Shown piece by piece: positions 8,924 to 18,196 of a stretch of 63,927 nt of DNA (the first letter of the stretch is position 1; each line of letters begins with the position of its first letter). Made by a program: the position numbers and the translations under genes. The DNA is from an uncultured Candidatus Saccharibacteria bacterium (lineage in GTDB: Bacteria; Patescibacteriota; Minisyncoccia; Minisyncoccales; CAYJUL01). The DNA lies in NCBI GenBank assembly GCA_964401295.1, contig CAYNXX010000003.1, positions 1 to 63,927 of the forward strand, written 5' to 3'. The notes under the pieces were generated by a model, which did no database searches, was not told where the DNA came from, and saw nothing but the letters and a program-made list of their open reading frames with translations.

Positions 8924-11764
8924 CTACAAGAACTCTTTCAGATACTGTCCGGTGTAGCTTTTTTTGCGGCGCGCTATTTCTTTCGGCGTTCCTTCGGCGA
9001 CTATCTCTCCTCCACGCTCGCCTCCTTCCGGTCCCAAATCAATTATCCAATCTGAATTTTTAATAAAGTCCAAATTGTGCTCTATGACCACAACCGTATT
9101 GCCTTTCTCAACAAGGCTGCATAAAACCTGAACAAGTTTTCTCACGTCTTCAAAATGCAAACCAGTTGTCGGCTCATCCAAAATGTAAAGTGTTTTTCCG
9201 GTAGTTGTACGCGAAAGCTCGGTGGCAAGTTTGATCCTTTGCGCCTCGCCGCCGGAAAGCGCTGGAGCGGGCTGGCCTAGCTCCACATAGCTCAAACCGA
9301 CTTCATCCAGGACGCGAAGCTTCTGTTCAAGGCCAGGGATATTCTGGAAAAATTGTTTTGCCTCCTCAACTGTCATCGTAAGAACCTGTGCAATATTTTT
9401 ACCGCGATACTCAATTTCTAAAGCATCTTTGTTGTAACGGGTACCGTGACATTCCTGGCATTCAACATAAACATCCGGCAAAAAATACATTTCAATGCGC
9501 CGCAATCCTTGACCCTCGCAAGCTTCACATCTACCGCCCTTAAGGTTAAAGCTAAAGCGGCCTGGGTCGTAACCTCTCACCCTCGCTTCGCGCGTTTTCG
9601 CAAAAAGATCGCGGATATAAGCGAAAGCGCCGGTGTAGGTTGCGGGATTGGAACGCGGCGTGCGGCCTATGGGCGATTGATCTACCAAGACCACCTTATT
9701 GAAATTATCATCGCCGGTGATCTCTTTGTATTCGCCCGGTTCTTCCTTGGCATTGTAAAATTTTCTTAAAAGGGCTTTTGCGAGAATATCGTTCATCAGC
9801 GAGCTTTTTCCGGAACCCGAAACACCGCTGACACAAACTAGCTTGCCAAGCGGAATTTTAACCGTGATATTTTTAAGATTATGCTCTTTCGCGCCCTTGA
9901 TGATTAAATATTTTTCCCTGACCTGGAGTCTTGCGCGACTGGAAACTTCTACTTTTTTGCGGCCGGCTAAATAATCGCCGGTCAAAGTTTTAGATTTTTT
10001 TAATTCCTGCGGCGTGCCGGAAAAAATTATACGTCCGCCATGCTTACCCGCGCCAGGACCGACATCAACAACCCAATCGGCCGACAAAATTGTCTGTGGA
10101 TCGTGCTCAACTACAATAATACTATTGCCCAATTCCTTTAATTTTTTGAGCGTCGCTATTAGACGGCCTTGATCGCGCGCGTGAAGCCCTATGGAAGGTT
10201 CGTCCAATATATATATAACGCCGGTAAGCTGGGACCCGATTTGCGTCGCAAGGCGGATTCTTTGCTCCTCGCCTCCGGCCAAAGTTCCCGCCTTACGGCT
10301 CAATGTCAAATAATCCAAACCAACATCAACGAGAAACTGAAGTCTGTTTAAAATTTCTTTGATTATACCAGGGGCTATTTTTAATTCCTCTTCTTTAAAT
10401 TTTGTCTGCCCGTTTTGTGGGTTTAAAAGGTCTCTAAAAAATTCCTGCGTTTTTGTAATGGGCATCTCTGTAACTTCATGTATATTTTTACCTGCCACGG
10501 TTACGGCCAGCGCCTCTGGCCTCAAGCGTTTTCCCCCGCATGCTTCGCATTTTTTTTCAATCATATATCGCTCTATTTCCTGGCGTGTGTATTCGGAATC
10601 GGTTTCATGGTATCGTCGCTGGAGATTCGGGATAACGCCTTCGAACCGGCCGTCTCCGTTAAAAATAATTTCGGTTATTTTTTGTGGCAAATCTTTAAAC
10701 GGTTCATCTAGCGAGAATTTATATTTTTCGGCAAGCTCCGACAATTGCCACAAATACCAGCCTTGACGGCCGACTCTATGCGATGCTCTCATCCACGGCC
10801 GGATTGCGCCTTCGGAAATGCTCAAATTTTTATTTGGAATAACCAATTCGGGGTCAACTTCTAGCTTTTCTCCCAAACCAGTGCATGCTGGGCAGGCACC
10901 GAATGGAGAATTAAAAGAGAAAAGCCGCGGCTCGATTTCAGGCAAGGAAATATTGCATTCTTCACAGGCAAATTGCTCGCTGAAAAGCTGATCTTTATAT
11001 TTTATCTTTTGAACCGTTCCTTCTTCTGCTGTGACATGAGACTGCGAGATTGTGGCCGTTCCTTTGCCAACTTTGAGCGCCTGCTCAATTGAATCAACCA
11101 GACGCGGCCTGTCAAAATTTTCCTCAACAACCAACCGGTCAACCACAACGTCAATATCGTGTTTTTTCTTACGATCCAATTCTCTTGCCATTGCTTCTTC
11201 AACGCGCTCGATAACGCCGTCGACGCGCACCCTTATAAAACCTGCTCGTTGAATCTCATCCAGAATGCCGCGATGCTCTCCTTTTTTGCCGCGCACAACC
11301 GGACCTAAAACAATTATTTCAGTTCCACGCGGAGCCTTTTGCACGGCTTCAACAATCTGCTGGCTATTTTGCCTGCTAACCTTCTTTCCGCAATTCGGAC
11401 AATGCGGATGACCAATTCTGCCGAAAAGCAAACGAAAATAATCATATATCTCGGTGATTGTGCCGACGGTTGAACGCGGGTTATGTGTTCCTTTTCTCTG
11501 GTCAATGGCAATGGCTGGGCTTATGCCTTCTATTTTTTCAACGTCTGGTTTATCCATCACGCCTAAAAATTGGCGCGCATATGCGGACAAACTTTCTACG
11601 TAACGACGCTGGCCCTCGGCGTACAAAGTATCAAAAGCCAACGAAGATTTTCCGGATCCAGAAATTCCTGTAATAACCACGAGCTTGTTGCGAGGCAAAT
11701 CAACATTAACATTTTTAAGATTGTGCACCCTGGCCCCGCGGATTTTAATAATGTCTTTTGTCAT
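8924..11764 (-). CDS. uvrA: Excinuclease ABC subunit A
   Basis: Two ABC ATPase modules ([20 protein letters not shown]), zinc fingers, 946 aa. Confidence 0.98.
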   Translation of the reverse strand: MTKDIIKIRGARVHNLKNVNVDLPRNKLVVITGISGSGKSSLAFDTLYAEGQRRYVESLSAYARQFLGVMDKPDVEKIEGISPAIAIDQRKGTHNPRSTVGTITEIYDYFRLLFGRIGHPHCPNCGKKVSRQNSQQIVEAVQKAPRGTEIIVLGPVVRGKKGEHRGILDEIQRAGFIRVRVDGVIERVEEAMARELDRKKKHDIDVVVDRLVVEENFDRPRLVDSIEQALKVGKGTATISQSHVTAEEGTVQKIKYKDQLFSEQFACEECNISLPEIEPRLFSFNSPFGACPACTGLGEKLEVDPELVIPNKNLSISEGAIRPWMRASHRVGRQGWYLWQLSELAEKYKFSLDEPFKDLPQKITEIIFNGDGRFEGVIPNLQRRYHETDSEYTRQEIERYMIEKKCEACGGKRLRPEALAVTVAGKNIHEVTEMPITKTQEFFRDLLNPQNGQTKFKEEELKIAPGIIKEILNRLQFLVDVGLDYLTLSRKAGTLAGGEEQRIRLATQIGSQLTGVIYILDEPSIGLHARDQGRLIATLKKLKELGNSIIVVEHDPQTILSADWVVDVGPGAGKHGGRIIFSGTPQELKKSKTLTGDYLAGRKKVEVSSRARLQVREKYLIIKGAKEHNLKNITVKIPLGKLVCVSGVSGSGKSSLMNDILAKALLRKFYNAKEEPGEYKEITGDDNFNKVVLVDQSPIGRTPRSNPATYTGAFAYIRDLFAKTREARVRGYDPGRFSFNLKGGRCEACEGQGLRRIEMYFLPDVYVECQECHGTRYNKDALEIEYRGKNIAQVLTMTVEEAKQFFQNIPGLEQKLRVLDEVGLSYVELGQPAPALSGGEAQRIKLATELSRTTTGKTLYILDEPTTGLHFEDVRKLVQVLCSLVEKGNTVVVIEHNLDFIKNSDWIIDLGPEGGERGGEIVAEGTPKEIARRKKSYTGQYLKEFL

Positions 11765-11897
11765 AAATGGCTTATTATACTTCTAATTTAGGGGGTTTGC
11801 AAGGGGGTGGTGTCCTTGAACCACCGATTAAGATGCGGTAATGCTCCAGCTGCACAAATTTCAATTGCAAAACGGACTAAATAAAATAAAAAATCAA

Positions 11898-11920
11898 TGT
11901 TTAAAATATCACTTTAGACA
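11898..11920. repeat. Degenerate copy of the 21-bp palindrome family, embedded in a longer 35-bp inverted repeat (11892-11926)
   Basis: TGTTTAAAATATCACTTTAGACA versus TGTTTAAAGTGTCACTTTAAACA (3 mismatches). The flanks AATCAATGT / ACATTGATT also pair. Confidence 0.45.
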
Positions 11921-11964
11921 TTGATTTAAAAGCGCCCAATCCGCTAATCGGCGGAGAGGACGCT

Positions 11965-12360
11965 TTAATTTTGAATCGGGGGGAACCTAACTATTTCCCA
12001 ATCGCCGTTTCTTGTAGTATATTCTATGGTCTTTATTCCGTACTTTCTCGCAAGTTCTATACACGCCGCATCACTATCGTCGCGCCACGCGCATGGACGA
12101 GCATAAACGAACCTGCCAGTTCTCCACCGACCCGCAACAGTCAAACGCGCGCCGGCAAGCCGCTTTTTGTTGGCGCGGCCAAACGCATGCTCTTCGGCAT
12201 GGACGCCGCGGTTGCCATCTCCGTGATTCCAACCCCAGCTGAAAATGCCATGCCTGTCACTAAGAACTGCCGCAACCTGAACCCGCGTTGTGGAACGTAC
12301 CAGAAGATCAAGCGCAAGTTCGCGCGGACTCTTGTTGGTGTTCAACCGTCTCGCCTCCAA
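11965..12360 (-). CDS. Small cytidine/deoxycytidylate-deaminase-like zinc protein (atypical motif spacing)
   Basis: It has HAEEHA (H-A-E) and ARPC-x8-C...GIKTIEY instead of PCxxC. The tracked start is TTG. A GGAGG SD (12353-12357) points to the TTG at 12345 as the real start. The region is GC-rich. Confidence 0.5.
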   Translation of the reverse strand: MEARRLNTNKSPRELALDLLVRSTTRVQVAAVLSDRHGIFSWGWNHGDGNRGVHAEEHAFGRANKKRLAGARLTVAGRWRTGRFVYARPCAWRDDSDAACIELARKYGIKTIEYTTRNGDWEIVRFPPIQN

Positions 12361-12425
12361 TTTTTTATTGTTAATGACGGCTTATTTTATACTAAATACC
12401 TAATATTGTAAAGATGCCACGCGTA

Positions 12426-12450
12426 ACAAAAAGCCGACTAATGTCGGCTT
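12426..12450 (-). terminator. Intrinsic terminator after the 12487 ORF
   Basis: AAGCCGAC-TAAT-GTCGGCTT hairpin, followed by T5 on the minus strand. Confidence 0.6.
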
Positions 12451-12486
12451 GCCCGCCGAAGTTTTAACAAAGGAGGGCTTTAAAAC

Positions 12487-12867
12487 TTAATGCTTATGCT
12501 CATCGCAATAACAAACTACGGCTCGCCAGTTAATATGGCAACGCCTCTGCCGCGCATACTTTCTTGAGAGTTTTGCGAGCGCCCGCCGGTACCCGGGCAT
12601 TTCCCTTTCTTTGGAATAACGCGAAACATCGCCATCCAAAACCTTAAAACAGATTGCCAGCGATTCATCCTGGAAAAGCGTGAATACATCGCGGCATCCG
12701 CAGCCGATGGCTTTCAAGAATAACGGCATCTGGATATTAGACTGGCGCCGCATATCATCAAAAGATGCCGGCGGCTCCGCAAAACTTTTTTCATATTCAC
12801 GCAGTTCTTCCTCGGTAAGATTATTCCGCAAAAGCGCGTCAAGATCTTTCTGCCAGACAAGACGCAT
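12487..12867 (-). CDS. Hypothetical protein (GC-rich island; Cys/His-rich C-terminus CHINW..VVCYCDEHKH)
   Basis: AAGGAG SD 5 nt upstream of the ATG, with its own promoter-like TTGACC-N17-TATGGT and terminator. Confidence 0.55.
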   Translation of the reverse strand: MRLVWQKDLDALLRNNLTEEELREYEKSFAEPPASFDDMRRQSNIQMPLFLKAIGCGCRDVFTLFQDESLAICFKVLDGDVSRYSKEREMPGYRRALAKLSRKYARQRRCHINWRAVVCYCDEHKH

Positions 12868-12986
12868 GCGTCTCCTTTTTATAATGTGCTAATCCTTTAA
12901 ACCATAGCGCATTAAAAATATGCGGTCAACAAAACAAATGAAAAGGGACGACCGATGGCCATCCCTTTGTTATTTGCCCCTTTGGG

Positions 12987-13349
12987 CTACTTCTTGCTGG
13001 TGAGGGCAAGAAGTTCTGTGAGCGTGCCGGCGCGGCTCCTCTTTGCGGCCGCGCTTGCGGCGAGCCGAACGGAAGTGGAGGTGGCCTGCACCCGGAGCTC
13101 TGCGGCGCGTGCTGCGCCATCCGCCGTCGCCTTCGCGGCGCGGCTGTCACACTCGCTGGCATTCGCCTGAAGCGAAGCCCTCAAAGATGCGGCCTCGTCG
13201 GGCCACGTCACCTTGACGTCAACGGCATCCAGAGCCGTATGCACCAGAAGCACTTCAGATGGCGAAATCGCCCTTCCGGCGCTGCGCCGGTAACCGTTAA
13301 ATACCCTCTCGGCGGCACCCAAGCCAAATCTCTTACTCATCCGGGACAT
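12987..13349 (-). CDS. Hypothetical Ala-rich protein (most GC-rich part of the island)
   Basis: AAAGGAGG abuts the first ATG, so the fourth codon (ATG at 13340) has proper SD spacing and is the likelier start. Confidence 0.5.
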   Translation of the reverse strand: MSRMSKRFGLGAAERVFNGYRRSAGRAISPSEVLLVHTALDAVDVKVTWPDEAASLRASLQANASECDSRAAKATADGAARAAELRVQATSTSVRLAASAAAKRSRAGTLTELLALTSKK

Positions 13350-13394
13350 CCTCCTTTAAAAAATTCTGCTGCAATTATAACTCTCTGAAAAAAA

Positions 13395-13423
13395 TTGTCA
13401 AGGGTCGTAATGAGTGCTATACT
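13395..13423 (+). promoter_or_regulatory. Putative promoter of uvrC, positioned for a leaderless mRNA
   Basis: TTGTCA (13395-13400), 17-bp spacer, TATACT (13418-13423), then 7 nt to the ATG at 13431. Confidence 0.45.
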
Positions 13424-14705
13424 CTTTTGGATGGAAATAAATATCAAATGGACATTCCTAAAAACTCAAGACTTGCCCGGCAAGCCCGGCGTATATCTTT
13501 TCCGTTCGCCGGAAGAACTGCTTTATATTGGAAAAGCCGCAAATCTTAAAAAAAGGATAAAAGATCATTTCCAAAAAAAGGCATTCCGCGACACACTATT
13601 TATGGATAAGGTCTCGCGCGTCGGGTACATTATAACTGACTCGGAAATAGAAGCCCTGCTTTTGGAATCCAAACTGATAAAAAAGTATCGGCCGAAATAT
13701 AACGTAATATGGAAAGACGACAAAAATTATTTTTACGTGGCGATAACGAAAGACACGCTGCCGAAAATATTCATTACACACCAACCGCAAGTGAAAATTG
13801 AAAATTTAAAATTGAAAATTAATTATATTGGGCCCTTCGTGGATGGAAAAGCTCTCAAAAAAACTTTGCGATTCTTGCGGCAGATTTTTCCATATTATAC
13901 GGCTACTAGACACTCTATGCTTCCTTGTCCATATTGCTATCTTGATTTATGTCCCGGGCCGAATCCCAATTCGAAAGAATATAAAAAAAATATAAAAATT
14001 ATCGCGAGCGTTCTGAGGAGCGGAAAAACATCGGTTTTAAAAATTATTGAACACGATATGAAAAGCGCGGCCAAAGCGCAGGATTTTGAACTTGCCGCCA
14101 AAAAACGTGATCAATTTTTTGCGCTTCAAAAAACTTTATCCAATGCCAGAATTTTAGGCTGGGGGGATGTAGAACACGAGAAAAATGAGTGGCAAAAAAT
14201 GCAGAAAATTATGCAAAAAATTCTCGGCCTACCGGTCGTGTGGCGAAGATTGGAAGCCTGCGACATCGCAAATATTCAGGGGCAAGACGCAACCGGATCT
14301 ATCGTAACTTTTATCGACGGCAAACCGGATAAAAATTTTTACCGTAAGTTCAAGATTAAAATCAGCGGCAAGCCAAATGATACCGCCATGATCAAAGAAA
14401 CCATTTCAAGACGATTGCGCCATAAAGAATGGGGCATGCCGGATATTTTATTGATTGACGGCGGAAAAGCCCAGCTTAATGCTGCGCTTAAATCCAAAGT
14501 CCAAAACCCAAAATCCAAAAAAATAAAAATAATCGCGCTTGCCAAAAAAAATAATGAATTATTCATTGGGGGACGGAAAAAACCGCTATTGCTTAAAAAT
14601 CTTCCGCCGGCGGTTTCCAATTTCATTCTTCGCATACGCGACGAAGCCCACCGCTTTTCGAGAGTTTATCACCATCTTTTGCGCGCAAAAACTCTTGCCA
14701 ACTAA
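13395..14705 (+). CDS. uvrC: Excinuclease ABC subunit C, short form lacking the C-terminal (HhH)2 domain
   Basis: GIY-YIG (GVYLF...LYIGKAANLKKR), UVR motif (DFELAAKKRDQFFALQ), and RNase H-like endonuclease domain (ACDIANIQG...LIDGGKAQL). The protein ends after EAHRFS.... The likely true start is the ATG at 13431. Confidence 0.9.
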   Translation: MSRVVMSAILFWMEINIKWTFLKTQDLPGKPGVYLFRSPEELLYIGKAANLKKRIKDHFQKKAFRDTLFMDKVSRVGYIITDSEIEALLLESKLIKKYRPKYNVIWKDDKNYFYVAITKDTLPKIFITHQPQVKIENLKLKINYIGPFVDGKALKKTLRFLRQIFPYYTATRHSMLPCPYCYLDLCPGPNPNSKEYKKNIKIIASVLRSGKTSVLKIIEHDMKSAAKAQDFELAAKKRDQFFALQKTLSNARILGWGDVEHEKNEWQKMQKIMQKILGLPVVWRRLEACDIANIQGQDATGSIVTFIDGKPDKNFYRKFKIKISGKPNDTAMIKETISRRLRHKEWGMPDILLIDGGKAQLNAALKSKVQNPKSKKIKIIALAKKNNELFIGGRKKPLLLKNLPPAVSNFILRIRDEAHRFSRVYHHLLRAKTLAN

Positions 14706-14733
14706 AAATCGCGGAGCCCAGTGCCGCGATTTT
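14705..14733. terminator. Bidirectional terminator between uvrC and the 14745 ORF
   Basis: AAAATCGCGG-N9-CCGCGATTTT, with an A-run and a T-run on either side. Confidence 0.6.
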
Positions 14734-14744
14734 GTTTGATTTAA

Positions 14745-15260
14745 TTAGCGAAACCCGGGGACGAATGCTCCTTTCGCAATGGAATACAAGACCCCATTCG
14801 CGGCTACGTATGAATCCCGGCCAAGATTAAGAAATGCCATCACAGAAGCAAATCCATCAATCTTCAATATAGCCATCTCGGGCTTTTCGCCATAAAAGGG
14901 AGAAGACCAGTACACTTTCGGTCCAATTATCTCGAGCCCGATAGGCGTCCACGGCAAAACATCCTTTTTGTCCGGATCTTGAGTCCCATAAACTTGCCTC
15001 TTAAGGCGCACGGTTACTTCAATGACCCAATAAGATGTCCAACGAAGACGAACTACACGCTCCATATCAAGCGCTTTGTATAACTTTCCATTACCAGCTA
15101 CTTGCTGTAGTTTTTTGGTAATTGCGCTAAACTCTATGAAATCGTACGCACGCTGGGGTAAGGCATGCAATTCCTGCAATCGGTTAACGACTTCTATTGC
15201 CGCCTTTTCAGAGCTTGTTAATGTTCTGCCCCTTGTCATTTCCCTTCCTTTCGAGTCCAT
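14745..15260 (-). CDS. Hypothetical protein (GC-elevated orphan gene)
   Basis: 171-aa ORF. The internal ATG at 15239 is preceded by AAGGAAGGGAA and may be the start. No family recognised. Confidence 0.55.
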   Translation of the reverse strand: MDSKGREMTRGRTLTSSEKAAIEVVNRLQELHALPQRAYDFIEFSAITKKLQQVAGNGKLYKALDMERVVRLRWTSYWVIEVTVRLKRQVYGTQDPDKKDVLPWTPIGLEIIGPKVYWSSPFYGEKPEMAILKIDGFASVMAFLNLGRDSYVAANGVLYSIAKGAFVPGFR

Positions 15261-15371
15261 TTAGGACTATCTTCTTTCGCGGCAGGCATGGGCTTTCCTC
15301 CGCAAAAGGATCCTAAAAGCTAGCATGAATTCAAAGCACCGTCAATACAGCCTTGCCTGCCGGAACCATCT

Positions 15372-15773
15372 ATGCTACACTCCGTAAAGAAGATGCGAAG
15401 ACTGATTATCCAAATAATCATCGGAATTGTAGGCCTTTGGATCGCTACGCACTACATACGCGGCGTAATCATCAAAGGCGAATATTATAAAGAGCTTCTT
15501 CTGGTAGGAACCATTTTGGGACTGGTTAATTTTTTCCTGAAACCTATTGTAAACTTAATAACTTTTCCCTTGCGGCTTCTAACCTTAGGACTTTTTAGTT
15601 TCGTGATAAGCATAGTAATGATCTGGTTGGTTGACATTCTATCGGCAGGTTTTGATATAATAGGTATAATTCCGCTCTTCTGGACCACGGTCCTTATATG
15701 GGCTCTTGGCTTTATTATTCCGGTAATGATGCCGGAGCGCAGAAAGACCGCAGCAAATCTCATCGTAAAATAA
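15372..15773 (+). CDS. DUF360 / holin-superfamily-IV-like 4-TM membrane protein
   Basis: Four hydrophobic segments and LWIATHYIRGV...LVNFFLKPIVNLITFPL, typical of the YvlD/DUF360 family. Confidence 0.7.
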   Translation: MLHSVKKMRRLIIQIIIGIVGLWIATHYIRGVIIKGEYYKELLLVGTILGLVNFFLKPIVNLITFPLRLLTLGLFSFVISIVMIWLVDILSAGFDIIGIIPLFWTTVLIWALGFIIPVMMPERRKTAANLIVK

Positions 15774-15814
15774 TCCGCAACCTTAAATAGAGTTTACGAT
15801 TTTTATTTTTTATT

Positions 15815-16036
15815 ATGGCATTAGCTTCTTATCTTCCAATAATACAAGCGGCGGTAGCCGTTTTATTGATTGTGCTTATACTTCTGCAGCAGCGCGGTAC
15901 GGCGCTCGGTTCTGCTTTCGGTTCGGAAGGAACTTTTTACGGCACAATGCGCGGCGTGCAAAAAAAGTTATTTTACGCAACCATTGGCATAGCTATTCTT
16001 TTCCTTGTTCTTGCCGTTTTACATCTTCTGGTGTAA
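15815..16036 (+). CDS. secG: Preprotein translocase subunit SecG
   Basis: 73 aa, two TM segments, LLIVLILLQQRGTALGSAFG signature. Confidence 0.8.
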   Translation: MALASYLPIIQAAVAVLLIVLILLQQRGTALGSAFGSEGTFYGTMRGVQKKLFYATIGIAILFLVLAVLHLLV

Positions 16037-16051
16037 ACAGACAATAACTCT

Positions 16052-18031
16052 ATGCAGACCACTGGCCCAAAACCATCGTTTTGTTGGCGAAAATCAATAG
16101 GGCTTTGGAGCGTTCTCAATCTAAAAGAGCGCCTTGTATTTACGACACTTCTTTTCTTGCTGGCCGTTTCCTCCATTTATCTCCTGATGTCATTTTATTT
16201 TTCGGTTACAGAAATAAAACCGGCCTTCGGCGGGAATTATAGCGAAGGAATAATCGGCCAGCCGAGGTTTTTAAATCCAATATACAGCCAGGCATCGGAT
16301 GCGGATCGAGACTTAGTTCAACTTCTCTTCGTTGGGCTTATGACTTATTCGTCAAATGGCGACATCATCCCGGATCTTGCCGAGAGCTATCAAGTAAAAG
16401 AAGACGGAAAACGATATGAATTTATGTTAAAGAATGCTTTTTGGTCCGATGGCAAGCCGATTACGGCGGATGATGTGGTCTTCACGATAAAGACTCTGCA
16501 GGATTCAACCTACCAGAGTCCGCTTATAGGATCGTGGCTTGGCGTAGAAGTTGAAAAACTATCTGATAAACAGGTGGCTTTTCGTCTGCAAAAACCATAT
16601 TCCGCCTTTTTGGAGCTGGCTACACTGAAAATAATTCCGAAGCATATATGGGAAGGGGTTAAACCCGAAAATTTCGTGCTGAGCGAGCGCAATTTTAAAA
16701 ATATCGTAACGTCTGGCCCCTATTATCTTAAAAAAATATCGCAGGACAAAGATAACCGTATTAATTCCGCAGAATTAATGGCTAATCCTAAATATTTCGG
16801 CAAAAAACCGTATCTGAAAACTCTCACTTTCTATTTTTTTAACGATGAAAGGGCGCTTATAACCGTGGTCCAACAGGGTTCCATAACGGGATTTGCGCCG
16901 CAATTAGCCAAAAATTATATTTTAAACAATTTTATTGCGCGTAGATTCAGACTTTCTAGATACTTTGCCATATTTTTCAATGAGGATAAATTGGATCTGC
17001 TTAAACAAGACGGGGTGCGCGTTGGTTTAAGCTACGGAATAAATAAACAGGAAATTATAGATAAAGTTTTTAATGGCTCTGCCGTAGCGGCGGATTCCCC
17101 CGTCTTGCCTGAATCTTTTGGTTTGGCGCTGCCGAAAACTATTTATGAATTCAATCCAGATAAAGCCAAGGAACTCTTTGATAAAGCCGGTTTCAAAATA
17201 ACCCCGGGGTCGGATTTTAGACAGAAAATTTCAACCAAAAATCCTTCTTTCCAGTTTAAATCCGATCTTGCGCTAAACTCCTCCGGCAAAGAAGTGGAAG
17301 AATTGCAAAAATGCCTTGCCCAAGATCCGAAAATTTTTTCTGATAAAATCACGGCTTACTTCGGACAACAGACAAAAAGCGCTGTAATCCGCTTCCAGGA
17401 AAAATATAAGGAAGAAATATTGAATCCGGCCGGGCTGAAAAACGGCAATGGAAAAGTTGGAGCGACAACCCGCGCCCAACTCAATACCCTTTGCTTTCCA
17501 AAAACCGAAGAGAAAACGGAACTGGCAATTAGCATTACCACCATCTCTGAATCTCCGCTTCTTGATCTTGCGATGAATTTAAAAGAACAGTTGGGAAGAA
17601 TAGGAGTAAAAGTAAACATAGAACAGATTCCGGCGCAAAACATTATCGGAGACGTTATCAGGACACGAAATTATGAAACTTTGCTTTTTGGCCAAGTCCT
17701 AGGCGCGATTCCCGACCCTCTGCCCTTCTGGCATTCTTCCCAGAAAAAAGATCCGGGTTTAAACTTAACCAGTTTCGGATCAAAAGATGCGGATACCAAG
17801 CTCACCTTAGCGAGAGAAGCCCAATCAGCGGATGAAAGAAACAAAGCGCTATCTGACTTCCAAGATATTCTTTTAAAAGCAACGCCGGCTATATTTTTGG
17901 TTCAACCGGATTATGTTTATTTTGTTTCGCCAACAATTAAGGGTCTTTCCGGGCATTTTATAACCGATCCTTCAAAAAGATTTATAAATATCTCTGATTG
18001 GTATATTAAAACCAAACGGGTTTTCAAATAG
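16052..18031 (+). CDS. Family-5 extracellular solute-binding protein with an embedded peptidoglycan-binding-like module
   Basis: N-terminal TM segment and the SBP_bac_5 pattern (FGGNYSEGIIGQPRFLNP...LAESY...WSDGKPITADDV). The insert GKEVEELQKCLAQ...FGQQTKSAVIRFQEKY...GKVGATTRAQL resembles PG_binding_1. Confidence 0.8.
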   Translation: MQTTGPKPSFCWRKSIGLWSVLNLKERLVFTTLLFLLAVSSIYLLMSFYFSVTEIKPAFGGNYSEGIIGQPRFLNPIYSQASDADRDLVQLLFVGLMTYSSNGDIIPDLAESYQVKEDGKRYEFMLKNAFWSDGKPITADDVVFTIKTLQDSTYQSPLIGSWLGVEVEKLSDKQVAFRLQKPYSAFLELATLKIIPKHIWEGVKPENFVLSERNFKNIVTSGPYYLKKISQDKDNRINSAELMANPKYFGKKPYLKTLTFYFFNDERALITVVQQGSITGFAPQLAKNYILNNFIARRFRLSRYFAIFFNEDKLDLLKQDGVRVGLSYGINKQEIIDKVFNGSAVAADSPVLPESFGLALPKTIYEFNPDKAKELFDKAGFKITPGSDFRQKISTKNPSFQFKSDLALNSSGKEVEELQKCLAQDPKIFSDKITAYFGQQTKSAVIRFQEKYKEEILNPAGLKNGNGKVGATTRAQLNTLCFPKTEEKTELAISITTISESPLLDLAMNLKEQLGRIGVKVNIEQIPAQNIIGDVIRTRNYETLLFGQVLGAIPDPLPFWHSSQKKDPGLNLTSFGSKDADTKLTLAREAQSADERNKALSDFQDILLKATPAIFLVQPDYVYFVSPTIKGLSGHFITDPSKRFINISDWYIKTKRVFK

Positions 18032-18110
18032 CCTGTTGAAACAAGCCAAGCGGGCGTAAATGTATATTTTAGATAGAGATGCGCTGACTGGTTCACCCCG
18101 TTAGAAATAT

Positions 18111-18194
18111 GCTGGGGTGGCGGAATTGGCAGACGCACTAGCTTCAGGAGCTAGCGGTCGCAAGGCCATGAGGGTTCGAATCCCTCCTCCAGCA
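18111..18194 (+). tRNA. tRNA-Leu (anticodon CAG), long variable arm, CCA not encoded
   Basis: Acceptor GCTGGGG/CTCCAGC (one G-U pair), anticodon stem CTAGC/GCTAG with loop TTCAGGA, T-arm GAGGG-TTCGAAT-CCCTC, discriminator A. Confidence 0.93.
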
Positions 18195-18196
18195 CT

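Noticed and set aside
11765-11964. Looked for an SOS (LexA) box upstream of uvrA, and also upstream of recA and uvrC
   Set aside because: There is no CTGT-N8-ACAG or GAAC-N4-GTTC match. The only GAAC-containing segment (GAACCACCGATT) lacks the second half-site.
12926-13170. ORFs 12926-13162 (-) and 12955-13170 (+) in the GC-rich island
   Set aside because: They overlap the better-supported 12987-13349 gene (SD present). Their Arg/Pro/Ala-rich translations are typical of off-frame reading of GC-rich DNA.
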